Source of the DNA: the human T2T-CHM13v2.0 reference genome, Homo sapiens
DNA length: 64,000 nt
Strand: one strand, 5' to 3'
NCBI RefSeq assembly: GCF_009914755.1
Contig: NC_060928.1
The notes under the pieces: model-generated
Told to the model about the DNA's origin: nothing
Database searches by the model: none
Seen by the model: the letters and a program-made list of their open reading frames with translations, nothing else
Made by a program: the position numbers and the translations under genes
Part shown: in pieces, positions 43,552-59,339 of the stretch
How the letters are laid out: every line of letters starts with the position of its first letter
Position numbering within the stretch: position 1 is the first letter of the stretch

Positions 43552-45834
43552 TGATTGATATTGTTTGGCTGTGTCCCCACCCAAATCTCATCCTGAACTC
43601 CCATGTGCTGTGGGAGGGACCTGGTGGGAGGTAATTGAATCATGGAGATGGGTCTTTCTTATGCTGTTCTTGTGATGGTGAATAAGTCTCATGAAATCTG
43701 ATGGTTTTAAAAATGAGAGTTTCCTGCACAAGCCCACTCTCTTTACCTGCTGCTATCCATGTAAGAAGTGAAATGCTTCTCCTTGCCTACTGCCATGATT
43801 ATGAGGCCTCCCCAGCCACATGGATCTGTAAGTCCATTAGACCTCTTTCTTTTGTAAATTGCCCAGTCTTGGGTATGTCTTTATTAGCAGCATGAAAAGA
43901 GACTAATACAGTAAATGAGTACCAGTAGAGTAGGGAGCTGCTGAAGAGATATCTGAAAATGTGGAAGCAACTTTGAAACTGGGTAACAGGCAGGGGTTGG
44001 AACAGTTTGGAGGGCTCAGAAAAAGAAAGGAAAATGTGGGAAAGTTTGGAACTTCCTAGAGACTTGTTTAATGGCTTTGCTCAAAATGCTGATAGTGATA
44101 TGGACAACGAAATCCAGGTTGAGGTGGTCTCAGATGGAGATGAGGTACTTGTTGGGAACTGGAGCAAAGATGACTCTTGTTATGTTTTAGCAAAGAGACT
44201 GGCGCAGTATTTTGCCCCTGCCCTAGAGATTTGTGGAACTTTGAACTTGAGAGAGAAGATTTAGGGTATGTGCTGGAAGAAATTTCTAAGCAGCAAAGCA
44301 TTCAAGAGGTGACTTGGGTACTGTTAAAAGCATTCAGTTTTATACGGGAAGTGGAGTACAAACATTTGGAAAATTTGCAGCCTGACAATGCGATAAAAAA
44401 GTAAATCCCATTTTCTGAGGAGAAATTCAAGCTGGCTGCAGAAATTTGCATAAGCAATGATAAGCCAAATGTTAATCCCCAAAAGAAGTGGGGGAAATGT
44501 CTCCAGGGCATGTCACAGGCCTTCACAGCGGCCCCTCCCATCACAGGCCCAGAGTTCTAGGAGAAAAAAGTGGTTTTGTGGGCTGGGTCCAGGGTCCATG
44601 TGCTATGTGTAGCCTAGAGACTTGGTGCCTTGCATCCCGGCCACTCCAGCCATGGCTGAAATGGGCCAACATAGCACTTAAGCCATGGCTTCAGAGGGTG
44701 CAAGCCCCAAGCCTTGGCAGCTTCTACGTGGGTGCACAGAAGTCAAAAATTGAGGTTTGGGAACTTCTGCCTAGATTATAGAAGATATATGGAAATGCCT
44801 GGATGCCCAGGCAGAAGTTTGCTGTAGGGGCAGGGTCCTCATGGAGAATCTCTGCTAGGGAAGTGCAGAGGGGAAATGTGGGGTTGGAGCCCCCAAACAG
44901 AATCACTATTGGGGCACTGACTAGTGGAACTGTGAGAAGAGGACCACCATCCTCCAGACCCCAGAATGATAGATCCACCAACAGCTTGCACCGTGCACCT
45001 GAAAAAGCCACAGACACTCAAAGCCCACTCATGAAAGCAGCCAGGAGGGAGGCTCGACCCTGCAAAGCCAAAGAGTCAGAGCGGCCCAAGACCATGGGAA
45101 TCCACCTCTTGCATCAGCGTGACCTGGATGTGAGACATGGAGTCAAAAAATATCATTTTGGAACTTTAAGATTTGACTGTCCTGCTAGATTTCAGACTTG
45201 CATGGGTCTTGTAGCCCCTTTGTTTTGGCCAGTTTCTCCCATTTGGAATGATTGTGTTTACCCAGTTCCTGTACACTCATAGTATCTAGGAAGTAACTAG
45301 TTTGCTTTTGATTTTACAGGTTCATAGGCATAATGGACTTTCCTTGTCTCAGATGAGACTTTGGACTGTGGACTTTTGAGTTAATGCTGAAATGAGTTAA
45401 GACTTTAGGGGACTGTTGGAAAGGCATGATTGGTTTTGAAATGTAAGGACATGAGATTTGGGAGGGTCCAGGGGAGGAATGATATGGTTTGGCTGTGTCC
45501 CCACCTAAATCTCACCCTGAATTCTCTCATGTTGTGGGAGGGACCTGGTGGGAGGTAATTGAATCATGGGAGGGATTCTTTCCCATGCTGTTCTCATGAT
45601 AGTGAATAAGTCTCCTGGGATCTGAAGGTTTTAAAAACAAGAGTTTCCTGTACAAGCTCTCTCTCTTTGCCTGCTGCCATCCATGTAAGACATGACTTGC
45701 TCCTCCTTGCTTTCCACCATGATTGTGAGGCCTCCCCAGCCATGTGGAGCTGTAAGTCCATTAAACCTTTTTCTTTTGTAAATTGCCCAGTCTCGGGTAT
45801 GTCTTTATCAGCAGTGTGAAAACAGACTAATACA
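43552..45834 (+). mobile_element. Full-length THE1B: LTRs 43552-43910 and 45480-45834
   Basis: Two LTRs TGATA(T/G)...CTAATACA with THE1-int between them. 5-bp TSD tttgt at 43547-43551 and 45835-45839. Confidence 0.95.
43632..43642 (+). promoter_or_regulatory. DUX4-type motif TAATTGAATCA in the THE1B 5' LTR (second copy 45556-45566)
   Basis: Exact match to TAAYYBAATCA. DUX4 binding to THE1 LTRs is established. Confidence 0.6.
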
Positions 45835-46299
45835 TTTGTTAAATTTCATTTCCCATAAGCATAGATAATTTTAGAAACTTACTTGAGTATGGCATTTGTG
45901 TTAGTAGTCAACAAAGATTAAACCTAGACAATCATTAGACACATGGATACCTAGGAGAGAAACTCTGCTGAACAAAGAAGATAAACAATAGACACACAAA
46001 CATGGTCAATCATAATCTGATTCCAGCATACTTTTTCATGTTTTTACAAACTTATTGTTTGGTTTAAATTTATGCACACAGAGAAATTATTGCAAATATT
46101 TGAATAAATCATGCTGCCTCAACCTGTATTTCTTAATATATGTACTGCTGCTTTCCTTTACAAGGCTTACTTTTACAGGCATAGCTGAAATACCCCTAGT
46201 TCAAAAAAGCCTTCAACTCTCCTTTCTCAAAAACAGAATTGGTAATTTTCCCCATTTTGTCACAGCTGAAAATTTTACATGTTTTAATCCCTTACATGT

Positions 46300-46440
46300 T
46301 ATGAAAATATTTTGCATTTCACAATCTGTTATTGGAGTAAGTTTTTTGAGGGTAGGATCCATGATATGTTTATTAATGCCTATTACTAGGGCCAGAGTAT
46401 ATTAGGTAACCAGTAGAAATATGATGAATGAATTAAATGA
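46300..46440 (+). mobile_element. L2 3' end
   Basis: gagggtaggatccatg...agaaatatgatgaatgaattaaatga. Confidence 0.5.
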
Positions 46441-48770
46441 TAGCAGAAAACCCATACAGCTAAATAATTAACTACTGAAATGAAATACATTCAAGTAATA
46501 CATATAATTTTGGTAGAAGTTGGTAAAAATATTCAAATGTGAAGAGTAGTTGGTTTTTACCATGTTTTTAGCAAAATAAGAAAAGGGTTCCCAATATAGC
46601 ACTAAGCGTTAATGTGTACACAAAATCAGATGATACTCAAATATAGCTTTGTAACATATATGTCTAATACAAACAATAGAATAAGCTGTAGGGAAACCAA
46701 TTTTGGGACATCCTAATATGTTCAGGTAAGCTTACATTACAAGTGCCATGTAAAGTTATCAATGCACTGCTTATTTTTAAAAAATCATTTGAAGTCGATA
46801 AAATAATCTCCAGGTAGTCCTAAATGTTACTGTAATGTAGAGAAAACTTTCTGAAATGAATATATTGAGAAAAAACTTAATGAAACTGTAGTTTTTATAT
46901 CATATAAAAGTTATATATACTTAAGCTTGATTTCCATTCTGAGAATGAGCAGAGATAAACTTTTCCTAAAATCAGTGTGGATGAGAAGTTCCTTTGTGTT
47001 GTTTTTCAAAAATCAGTTAATGCTGAAATAAACCCCCTGGGAATTTCTTTAATAGCAAATAACCTAAGTGAAAAAAGAATGCAAATAACCATTTGTTTTG
47101 GGCAACCATTCGTTGTACCCACACTGTGGCATAAACTTCAAGTAGAGAAGACCTCTTTTGTCTAAAGAATGCATTAATCCTCTTTTCTTTGCAGTTTCCA
47201 TTGAACATCCTTGATTGATTTTATTCCTTGCTGAAATAAAACTTATCAGACCCAATCATTTCAGCACCTGATTTCTTTGCTGTACTTAAGAAGGAAAGGG
47301 CATTTGGGGGCATTGCTCTATTTATATCAAAATGGCAGAAGAATCATATTATATAAAACAGTGAGTTTTCCGATAATAAATATTCTGACCTTCAAAAATT
47401 GACCTCCTGTTTAAAGTCAAAGCAGCTATTACTGCCATGCATTGTGATTTATTTCCCTCACAACTGTGACTGTATTAATTCAGATAATTTGCTTCCTTTA
47501 TAGTTTTAAGATAAAGGATAAGAAAAGTGGGTTATGAAGTCTGTGGTTTTGAATAATGACTGTCAAAAGGGATATATAGGTAAAGATACTGCCTAGGTAT
47601 GAACAGCCATATTTTCAGCATTCTGAATACAGAAATTAGAGTTACCATAAATATTCTTACTTCAAGTACTTTTTGCAGATCTTTTACATACCAAAGTTTT
47701 GCTGCATTTGACTTATATCAGGCCCAAATTTCAGGCTATCTAGAGAAGCTATTATAAATATTACATCAGAAAATTAGAATTTCACTAGTAATGGGTAAGA
47801 CATGTATTAGAATCAAAACTGAATTTGTAGAAACATGGCAAAAATTATGCTAGTTAACGTTAATGTCAAAATTTTAATACAGATGTATAATTGCAGATGT
47901 AAATCACTGCCATACTAAAAAACCCTCATTCCAAAATATCAAAAGCTAAAATCTTAGAAAATAAATGTTAAATTTTAGATTTATTTATGAAAAGATACAA
48001 GCAAGAAGTAATATTATGATTCATAATTAATCCATTATTCAGTTTCATTAGATATAACTTTATCACTCATTTCCAGTGGTTACAACTTGGATGTACTGAA
48101 GTCCTTCTCACCTTAAAGTTTATTTCCAAAACAGCTTCAGTTTATCTTGACTTAATTAAAGTATGTCAAAATTAGGGTATTGGAATTCAGAAGTCATAAT
48201 CAGAAACACCAAAAGTATGTATCTTATAATTTTAATACCTGCCAAGTGTGCTTTCACAGAACCTATACATTTAGGGCCCCCATCACGACTCCAGAGGGCT
48301 TGGTATTTTTCTTTCTCCTGTGCTCTACAAGTTCTTCAAACTTACCTGTTTTATACCATCAATTATTTCCCTCTTATACCATGGCTTTAAGATTAAGAGC
48401 AAAGTTTGCTCCAGAACTGATTCCCATTGCTTTCTGAGAAACAGAGCTGTTAAAAGCAAAATATGTGATGGTGTGTGTAAAATATACCATCTCCATCCCC
48501 GTCCTCATTTTTCTATTTTTTCTCAGAATATGAAATTTGTCATACAAAAATAAACAAAATAAAAGAAATTGTTAGGTTCATTTCCCCACAATGTTTAGGT
48601 TAGCAAGAGTAACTTAGAGAAAACTGCAATGGAACAATATTTCAGACAATATAAATGCATGCTTTTCTCTCCCAGCTGTTTTGTGTTTGCTTTATTATTA
48701 TTATTTTTTGAGATTTCTGATCCTCCCTTCATCCTGCCTCTCCCTGCCATTTGTGGCCTTAGCTAATATA

Positions 48771-49247
48771 TGCAGCAGATTATGACTATCACTTTGGTAA
48801 AACACACACAGGCTTTTGAGATTTAGGAGGCTAACTCTTGAGGGAACTCAGAGTATGGAAAGGCTTGATGAGTCAGAGTAAAGTTTCTCTCAGCCATGAC
48901 TAGGTAGGTTCCCAGGACTAGAGGGATGACAGGGGAGATACCACTGAGGTTTGGCTTAGATGGCTACATTTGGCAGAACTAGGTCAGAACAATAGAAGTC
49001 ATCTACTCCCCACTAGACTGGGAATTCACCCCTGGAACCTGCACCAGAGCCTTGTCAGTGCCCAACCTGTTTGGTCTCCTTTCCCCTGTGCATCCGCTAA
49101 GTCCAGAAGCCATGTTAGCTGTCCTTGGTGTGACCCAGTGACATCCTCCCTTTTAGAGCAGCCAGCACATCACTGCCTATTAGCCATCCAACAGGAGTGG
49201 CACCCACCTAAGTTCTAGGAACCTGCTTGGTCTCAAAGTGTCCTACA
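48771..49247. mobile_element. Probable old solo LTR, family not recognised
   Basis: ~480-bp GC-richer island with TG...CA ends within AT-rich DNA. Confidence 0.4.
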
Positions 49248-49784
49248 TTGTGAATAGCAATATGTCCTATTCATGAATAACTTGGTTTTAAACATCTAGG
49301 ACACTTGAAAACCCAGAGAAAGTCATAATTCCTAGAAATGTGAGAATGCATGAAAAGAGACAAGATACCTGTCCTTATGTATTTGTGTCAGACTGGGACC
49401 GGGTCAGCATCTATGTATTTTTGGTGTTTCTGATTATGGCTTCTAAATTCCAATACCCTAATTTTGACATACTTTAATTAAGTCAAGATAAACTTAATTA
49501 AACAGGTACTGTATCAGTACTGTAGACATATAGCCTTATAATCTTTACTTTCATTTATTTATGTTTTTATCCTCAGAGAGCATCAGTTTTAAATTGAATA
49601 GATGCAACTAATTCTGGTTCACCTGCATTACGTTCCTCTCTATGGCAAGAAATGGCAAACAAAAATCATGATGGAATTGCTTAATGTGCTGGTTTATTAC
49701 CCATCCTGAGTAACATTTACATAGCTGTCCACATGTTAAAGGGATAGTCTCTGGTTGCCAGCGTTAGCCATCCTCCCACGGGGA

Positions 49785-50060
49785 GCTTAAATATCATCTT
49801 CCAAGGGAAGCTTAAATACCACATTCCTCTGAAACTGTCCACTGTATTCAGAAACCTGCTCTCTCTCCTTCATTTTCTGAAATTCCACTGCACTTGGGCA
49901 TCCTTGAGTTTACTATCAGGTGTATACATATGTGTCTCCCTAACTCCACTCTCAGCTCTTAATATCAGGTACGGTGGTGTTTGTGTTCATCTTGTATTTA
50001 TTTTTGTGTTTCCTACACAACCTACACTAAAGTCTTAAATTAAAAAGGAGTCATTGAAAG
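49785..50060 (+). mobile_element. L2 fragment
   Basis: Degenerate L2 3' motifs (ttaaatatcatcttccaagggaagc; gtgttcatcttgtatt). Confidence 0.45.
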
Positions 50061-50779
50061 GACATAGCAGTAGATAAGGTATTTTAGTAAATTCAAACTG
50101 ATTATTTATTACTGCATTCAACTTGTTTTTAGATTGAAATTAATATTTTATATAATACCATTATGCTCCCTACATGCAGTTCATATTGTTGAAATTGTCG
50201 AAGTCCTAAGAAAAGTGTGCATATGATTATGAGTTATATCTTTTATATGGTACCTGTCTGGGCATAGAGTGTTTAGCAGAAATTTTCTATTCAATGTCAT
50301 CATAAAGAAAGAAGCAAAGCCCTTCTGCAGTATTCCAAATGTGATTTCATTGCCAGGCTTTTATGTCATGAAATTCATAATCCAAAATGATCTTCGATGA
50401 GAGTAAAACTAGAGGTTCTTACACTATATCTGTAATGCAGAGAAAATGCTCATTGTTACAATCTGTATTAACTGAATATAAAAAGCAACTTCACCAAGGA
50501 ATAGAAATCTAGCTCAGAGCTTACACATACAGACACATATATATATGTATTCTCCAAGAGACTCTAACGTATTCCTTGTCATACCTCATGCTCCTTTCTT
50601 CATATCTGAACTGTATGGCTTTACTTACACCAGCAACACATAGTGGAAGTACAGAGCGTTTCATTCCTGGCAAATATGATCAAGTTAGGAAGCAAGTCTG
50701 GATCATTTAGACTAAAATACAAGGTATTTTTCTTCCTTTTGACATCAAAATATCTTGTTTTCCCTCTTCAGCTTTCCAT

Positions 50780-50965
50780 TTAATAATAATAGCACATTTG
50801 GATGGTGTTTTAGGATTTTTAAAAGCAAACATAAGTGGTGTTAGAGCAATTGGCATGAAGTCTATTCAACAGGAATGAAGAATAGAGTGTCTAGTGATTG
50901 CAAAAGAACAGAGCCAGTAAATAGCAAAAGAAAGCCCATGGGGCAGACATCCTGATTTCTAGTTC
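50780..50965 (-). mobile_element. MIR
   Basis: aataataatagcacattt...gtgattgcaaaagaacagagccagtaaatagcaaa. Confidence 0.5.
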
Positions 50966-52314
50966 ATTTTTTTTTCCTTTGAATATAATGCCTCTCACAT
51001 GGTTATGAAGAAAGCAAGATAAATAACATTTATGTCTACAAAGAATTATGTTCTGGGTGTAAAATTATTTGAAATATTCTAAATAATCTATATGAAGTCT
51101 CGATTTTAGTGGAGTAACTTCATGTATGTTCAATGAAATTGCCTGATATCGGCAAGTTATAGGGTAGTCCAGACCTCCACTACTCAGCAGCTTCCTTTGA
51201 AAGATAATTGTTAATGACTTTCTGTTCTAAGTAATAATTTTCCAGAACTTTATTTGCTGGTTGTTCTCCAACTAGATTATGAGTCATTAAATTTATGAAT
51301 CATATCTTTAACTTCTTCGGTGTTTGCCTAAGATTCCCAGTGCCATGTTCTGCCCATGAGGCACATACTTATCTGACTGTTAAATTTCTGACTATAAAGT
51401 TTTTACAAATAAGTGAAAATTTCTAATTTTTAAATTTCTATTTATTTTGTTTGAATTAAATCATAATACAATTTGTGGCTTTATCTATAGAATAGGTTTA
51501 ACTGTCAAGTGCTTGTTAGCAGGAGAAGTGAATAGTGTTCTACATTTGACTTACTCTCTTTGTAAGTCATTTCTAGGTATATATTTTTATTACATCGCTT
51601 CATATGACAATAGACTTCAAGGCCTTAACTACAATAATTTGAAGTTTAGAGATGCCTATAGGGTCTTATTCAGCCTCATTGATTTGAACATTTTAACACA
51701 GGACAAATCAAGTGAAATACCAACGGCTTCTTTTTAAACTCTAGAAATTAACAAAAGGGCCACCTGGCAGCTCATAAGGGAAAGAGAAACCTTATCCACT
51801 TAGGTTTGTTGAGAAGAAAAGGATAAAGAATGATTTTCTGGTCATTTTTTCTAGCAGAAGGCTGCAACACCAATAGGCTTTCTAAGTCACCACTATGTAG
51901 CAGCAGCCTCAAGTGCACCCAGGCCTCAGTACCATCTCTCACTTCACCGCATCTCAGAGATGACCTCAGGTTATACTTTGCCTCATACTTAAACAAACAA
52001 AGAAATGGTACAAGAACTAAGTAAAAGCTACAGTATGCAGTAGGGTTTTATTTTTTCTACTATAAAGGTAGATTCTGTAATAGACTCAAGGTAAGGTTAA
52101 GATACATGCTTGCTCAGCTATGTAATTGTTTATACCAATTCCCCAAATTACTACAATTTCAGAAATTTAGCATTCTTCTCTGGAAACAGACTCTTTTAAT
52201 TGTAACAATGCAAACAACACATCACCATCAGGAATGTGTGCTTTATTTATTATAAAAACAAAACAAAAATCCTCTCCTTCTTCATTATAACCTACATTTC
52301 AAGATTCATCATTC

Positions 52315-52499
52315 AAATGGTTCACCAAATTCAACGCTTATCAGAATCCCTTGGGGAAATATTTAAAAATACAATTGGCAGAACCTATTACAGACCTACT
52401 ATGTCAGACAGTCTAGGCCTAAAATCTGGAATTCAACATACTTGGGACCTCTTCAAATCATTTTATGTAGTCCATGTCCTGCATTTGGAAAACACTTGC
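52315..52499. mobile_element. MER5-family hAT-Charlie element
   Basis: tggttcaccaaa...atcagaatcccttgggga...cagacctact...tttggaaaacact. Confidence 0.65.
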
Positions 52500-52724
52500 A
52501 TTTCATTAAAACTAATTTCTATTATTCAGGCTTTCAACCTTTAGAAACAATTCTGTGTAAGTGAATTGGCAAGATATGTTAAATAAATTATAATTTGAAA
52601 CACCTGATAAACTCCATTATTTGTTTCAAAAAGAAACTCATAGACAATGGATAACACTTGTCCTGAATCAGGATAGAAAAGGCATGATCTTTTCTTGTGA
52701 CTCCTTATTTGTTTTTCTTTTTTT

Positions 52725-52861
52725 TAATCATTATTATTTTTTAATACAGACAGGATTTCACCATTTTTCCCAGGCTGGTCTGAAACTCCTGAGCTAAAGC
52801 ATTCTGCCCACTTCGGCCTCCCAAAGTGCTGGGATTACAGGCCTGAGCAACCACACCCAGT
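52725..52861 (-). mobile_element. FLAM/left Alu monomer
   Basis: Single monomer with flanking tgtttttct repeats as a probable TSD. Confidence 0.85.
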
Positions 52862-52899
52862 TGTTTTTCTATTCACAAGGTTCCCCATCACCAGTAGCT

Positions 52900-53075
52900 G
52901 CAGCACAGTGTACTGGAAAAAGCATAGGTCTTGAAGGCTCACGGTTGTGAAGCTGGACATGTTAATATACTCCAGTTTATCCTGATGGTAAAAATCTGGA
53001 TTATCAATAGTTAATCCACAGATTTGCTGCTAATTTAAAATTATATAATGTTGTTAGTTATAAACCAGATAATGC
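52900..53075 (+). mobile_element. MIR fragment
   Basis: cagcacagtgtactggaaaaagcataggtcttgaa...ctccagtttatcctgatggtaaaa. Confidence 0.5.
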
Positions 53076-53522
53076 TTTGAGAATACACTGTTTTAGGGAA
53101 ATGTTGTTTTCTTTCAGGACAAGAGGCATTGTCCCGAATTTTGTGTACTTGAATTTTAATCCTTGTCTAACCACGCTATTTATACAGTATGATATCCCAG
53201 TAAAAGAACTATAATCCCAGGGTCACAAAATTTAGTAATGTGAAGAATGTTTAAAATTTACGGAGTCGGAGAGGAGCCAAGATGGCCGAATAGGAGCAGC
53301 TCCGGTCTACAGCTCCCAGCCTGAGCGATGCAGAAGATGGGTGATTTCTGCATTTCCATCTGAGGTACCGGGTTCATCTCACTAGGGAGTGCCAGACAGT
53401 GGGTGCAGGTCAGTGGGTGCGTGCACCATGCGCGAGCCGAAGCAGGGCGAGGCATTGCCTCACGTGGGAAGCGCAAGGGGTCAGGGAGTTCCCTTTCCAA
53501 GTCAAAGAAAGGGGTGACAGAC

Positions 53523-53717
53523 TCACCTGGAAAATCGGGTCACTCCCACCCGAATATTGCACTTTTTGGACCGGCTTAAAAAACAGCGCACCACGAGATT
53601 ATATCCCACACCTGGCTTGGAGGGTCCTACGCCCACGGAGTCTCGCTGATTGCTAGCACAGCAGTCTGAGATCAAACTGCAAGGCAGCAGCGAGGCTGGG
53701 GGAGGGGTGCCCGCCAT
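53523..53717 (-). CDS. ORF0: L1 antisense ORF0, truncated at 64 aa
   Basis: MAGTPPPASLLPCSLISDCCASNQRDSVGVGPS... matches primate L1 ORF0. ATG intact, premature TGA at 53525-53523. Expression unknown. Confidence 0.75.
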   Translation of the reverse strand: MAGTPPPASLLPCSLISDCCASNQRDSVGVGPSKPGVGYNLVVRCFLSRSKKCNIRVGVTRFSR

Positions 53718-54176
53718 TGCCTAGGCTTGCTTAGGTAAACAAAGCAGCGGGGAAGCTCGAACTGGGTGGAGCCCACCACAGCTCAAGGAGGCCTGCCTGC
53801 CTGCCTCTATAGGCTCCACCTCTGGGGGCAGGGCACAGACAAACGAAAAGGCAGCAGTAACCTCTGCAGACTTAAATGTCCCTGTCTGACAGCTTTGAAG
53901 AGAGCAGTGGTTCTCCCAGCACGCAGCTGGAGATCTGAGAACGGGCAGACTGCCTCCTCAAGTGGGTCCCTGACCCCTGACCCCTGAGCAGCCTAACTGG
54001 GAGGCACCCTCCAGCAGGAGCACACTGACACCTCACACTGCAGGGTACTCCAACAGACCAGCAGCTGAGGGTCCTGTCCGTTAGAAGGAAAACTAACAAA
54101 CAGAAAGGACATCCACACCGAAAACCCATCTGTACATCACCATCATCAAAGACCAAAAGTAGATAAAACCACAAAG

Positions 54177-55193
54177 ATGGGGAAAAAACAGAACAGAAAA
54201 ACGGGAAACTCTAAAAAGCAGAGCGCCTCTCCTCCTGCAAAGGAACGCAGTTCCTCACCAGCAATGGAACAAAGCTGGACGGAGAATGACTTTGAGGAGC
54301 TGAGAGAAGAAGGCTTCAGATGATCACATTACTCCGAGCTACGGGAGGACATTCAAACCAAAGGCAAAGAAGTTGAAAACTTTGAAAAAAATTTAGAAGA
54401 ATGTATAACTAGAATAAGCAATACAGAGAAGTGCTTAAAGGAGCTGATGGAGCTGAAAACCAAGGCTCGAGAACTACGTGAAGAATGCAGAAGCCTCAGG
54501 AGCTGATGCGATCAACTGGAAGAAAGGGTATCAGCAATGGAAGATGAAATGAATGAAATGAAGCGAGAAGGGAAGTTTAGAGAAAAAAGAATAAAAAGAA
54601 ATGAGCAAAGCCTCCAAGGAATATGGGACTATGTGAAAAGACCAAATCTACGTCTGATTGGTGTACCTGAAAGTGATGGGGAGAATGGAACCAAGTTGGA
54701 AAACACTCTGCAGGATATTATCCAGGAGAACTTTCCCAATCTAGCAAGGCAGGCCAACGTTCAGATTCAGGAAATACAGAGAACGCCACAAAGATACTCC
54801 TCAAGAAGAGCAACTCCAAGACACATAATTGTCAGATTCACCAAAGTTGAAATGAAGGAAAAAATGTTAAGGGCAGCCAGAGAGAAAGGTCGGGTTACCC
54901 TCAAAGGGAAGCCCATCAGACTAACAGCGGATCTCTCGGCAGAAACCCTACAAGCCAGAAGAGAGTGGGGGCCAATATTCAACATACTTAAAGAAAAGAA
55001 TTTTCAACCCAGAATTTCATATCCAGCCAAACTAAGCTTCATAAGTGAAGGAGAAATAAAATACTTTACAGACAAGCAAATGCTGAGAGATTTTGTCACC
55101 ACCAGGCCTGCCCTAAAAGAGCTCCTGAAGGAAGTGCTAAACATGGAAAGGAACAACCAGTACCAGCCGCTGCAAAATCATGCCAAAATGTAA
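54177..55193 (+). pseudogene. L1 ORF1p, disrupted
   Basis: ATG at 54177, in-frame TGA at 54321 and 54504 (CGA>TGA type). The C-terminal 218 aa are open. Confidence 0.93.
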
Positions 55194-55256
55194 AGACCAT
55201 CGACACTAGGAAGAAACTGCATCAACTAACGAGCAAAATCACCAGCTAACATCATA

Positions 55257-59078
<3,822 letters not shown>

Positions 59079-59339
59079 ACAATGAGATCACATGGACACA
59101 GGAAGGGGAATATCACACTCTGGGGACTGTTGTGGGGTGGGGGGAGGGGGGAGGGATAGCATCGGGAGATATACCTAATGCTAGATGACGAGTTAGTGGG
59201 TGCAGCGCACCAGCATGGCACATGTATACATATGTAACTAACCTGCACATTGTGCACCTGTACCCTAAAACTTAAAAGTGTAATAAAAAAATTTAAAAAA
59301 AAATTTACGGAGTCGAATTTCTGCTAATGATTGTGTAAG

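Noticed and set aside
59122-59155. G-quadruplex-forming tract (also ~38037-38068 on the minus strand)
   Set aside because: Standard L1 3' UTR polypurine tract.
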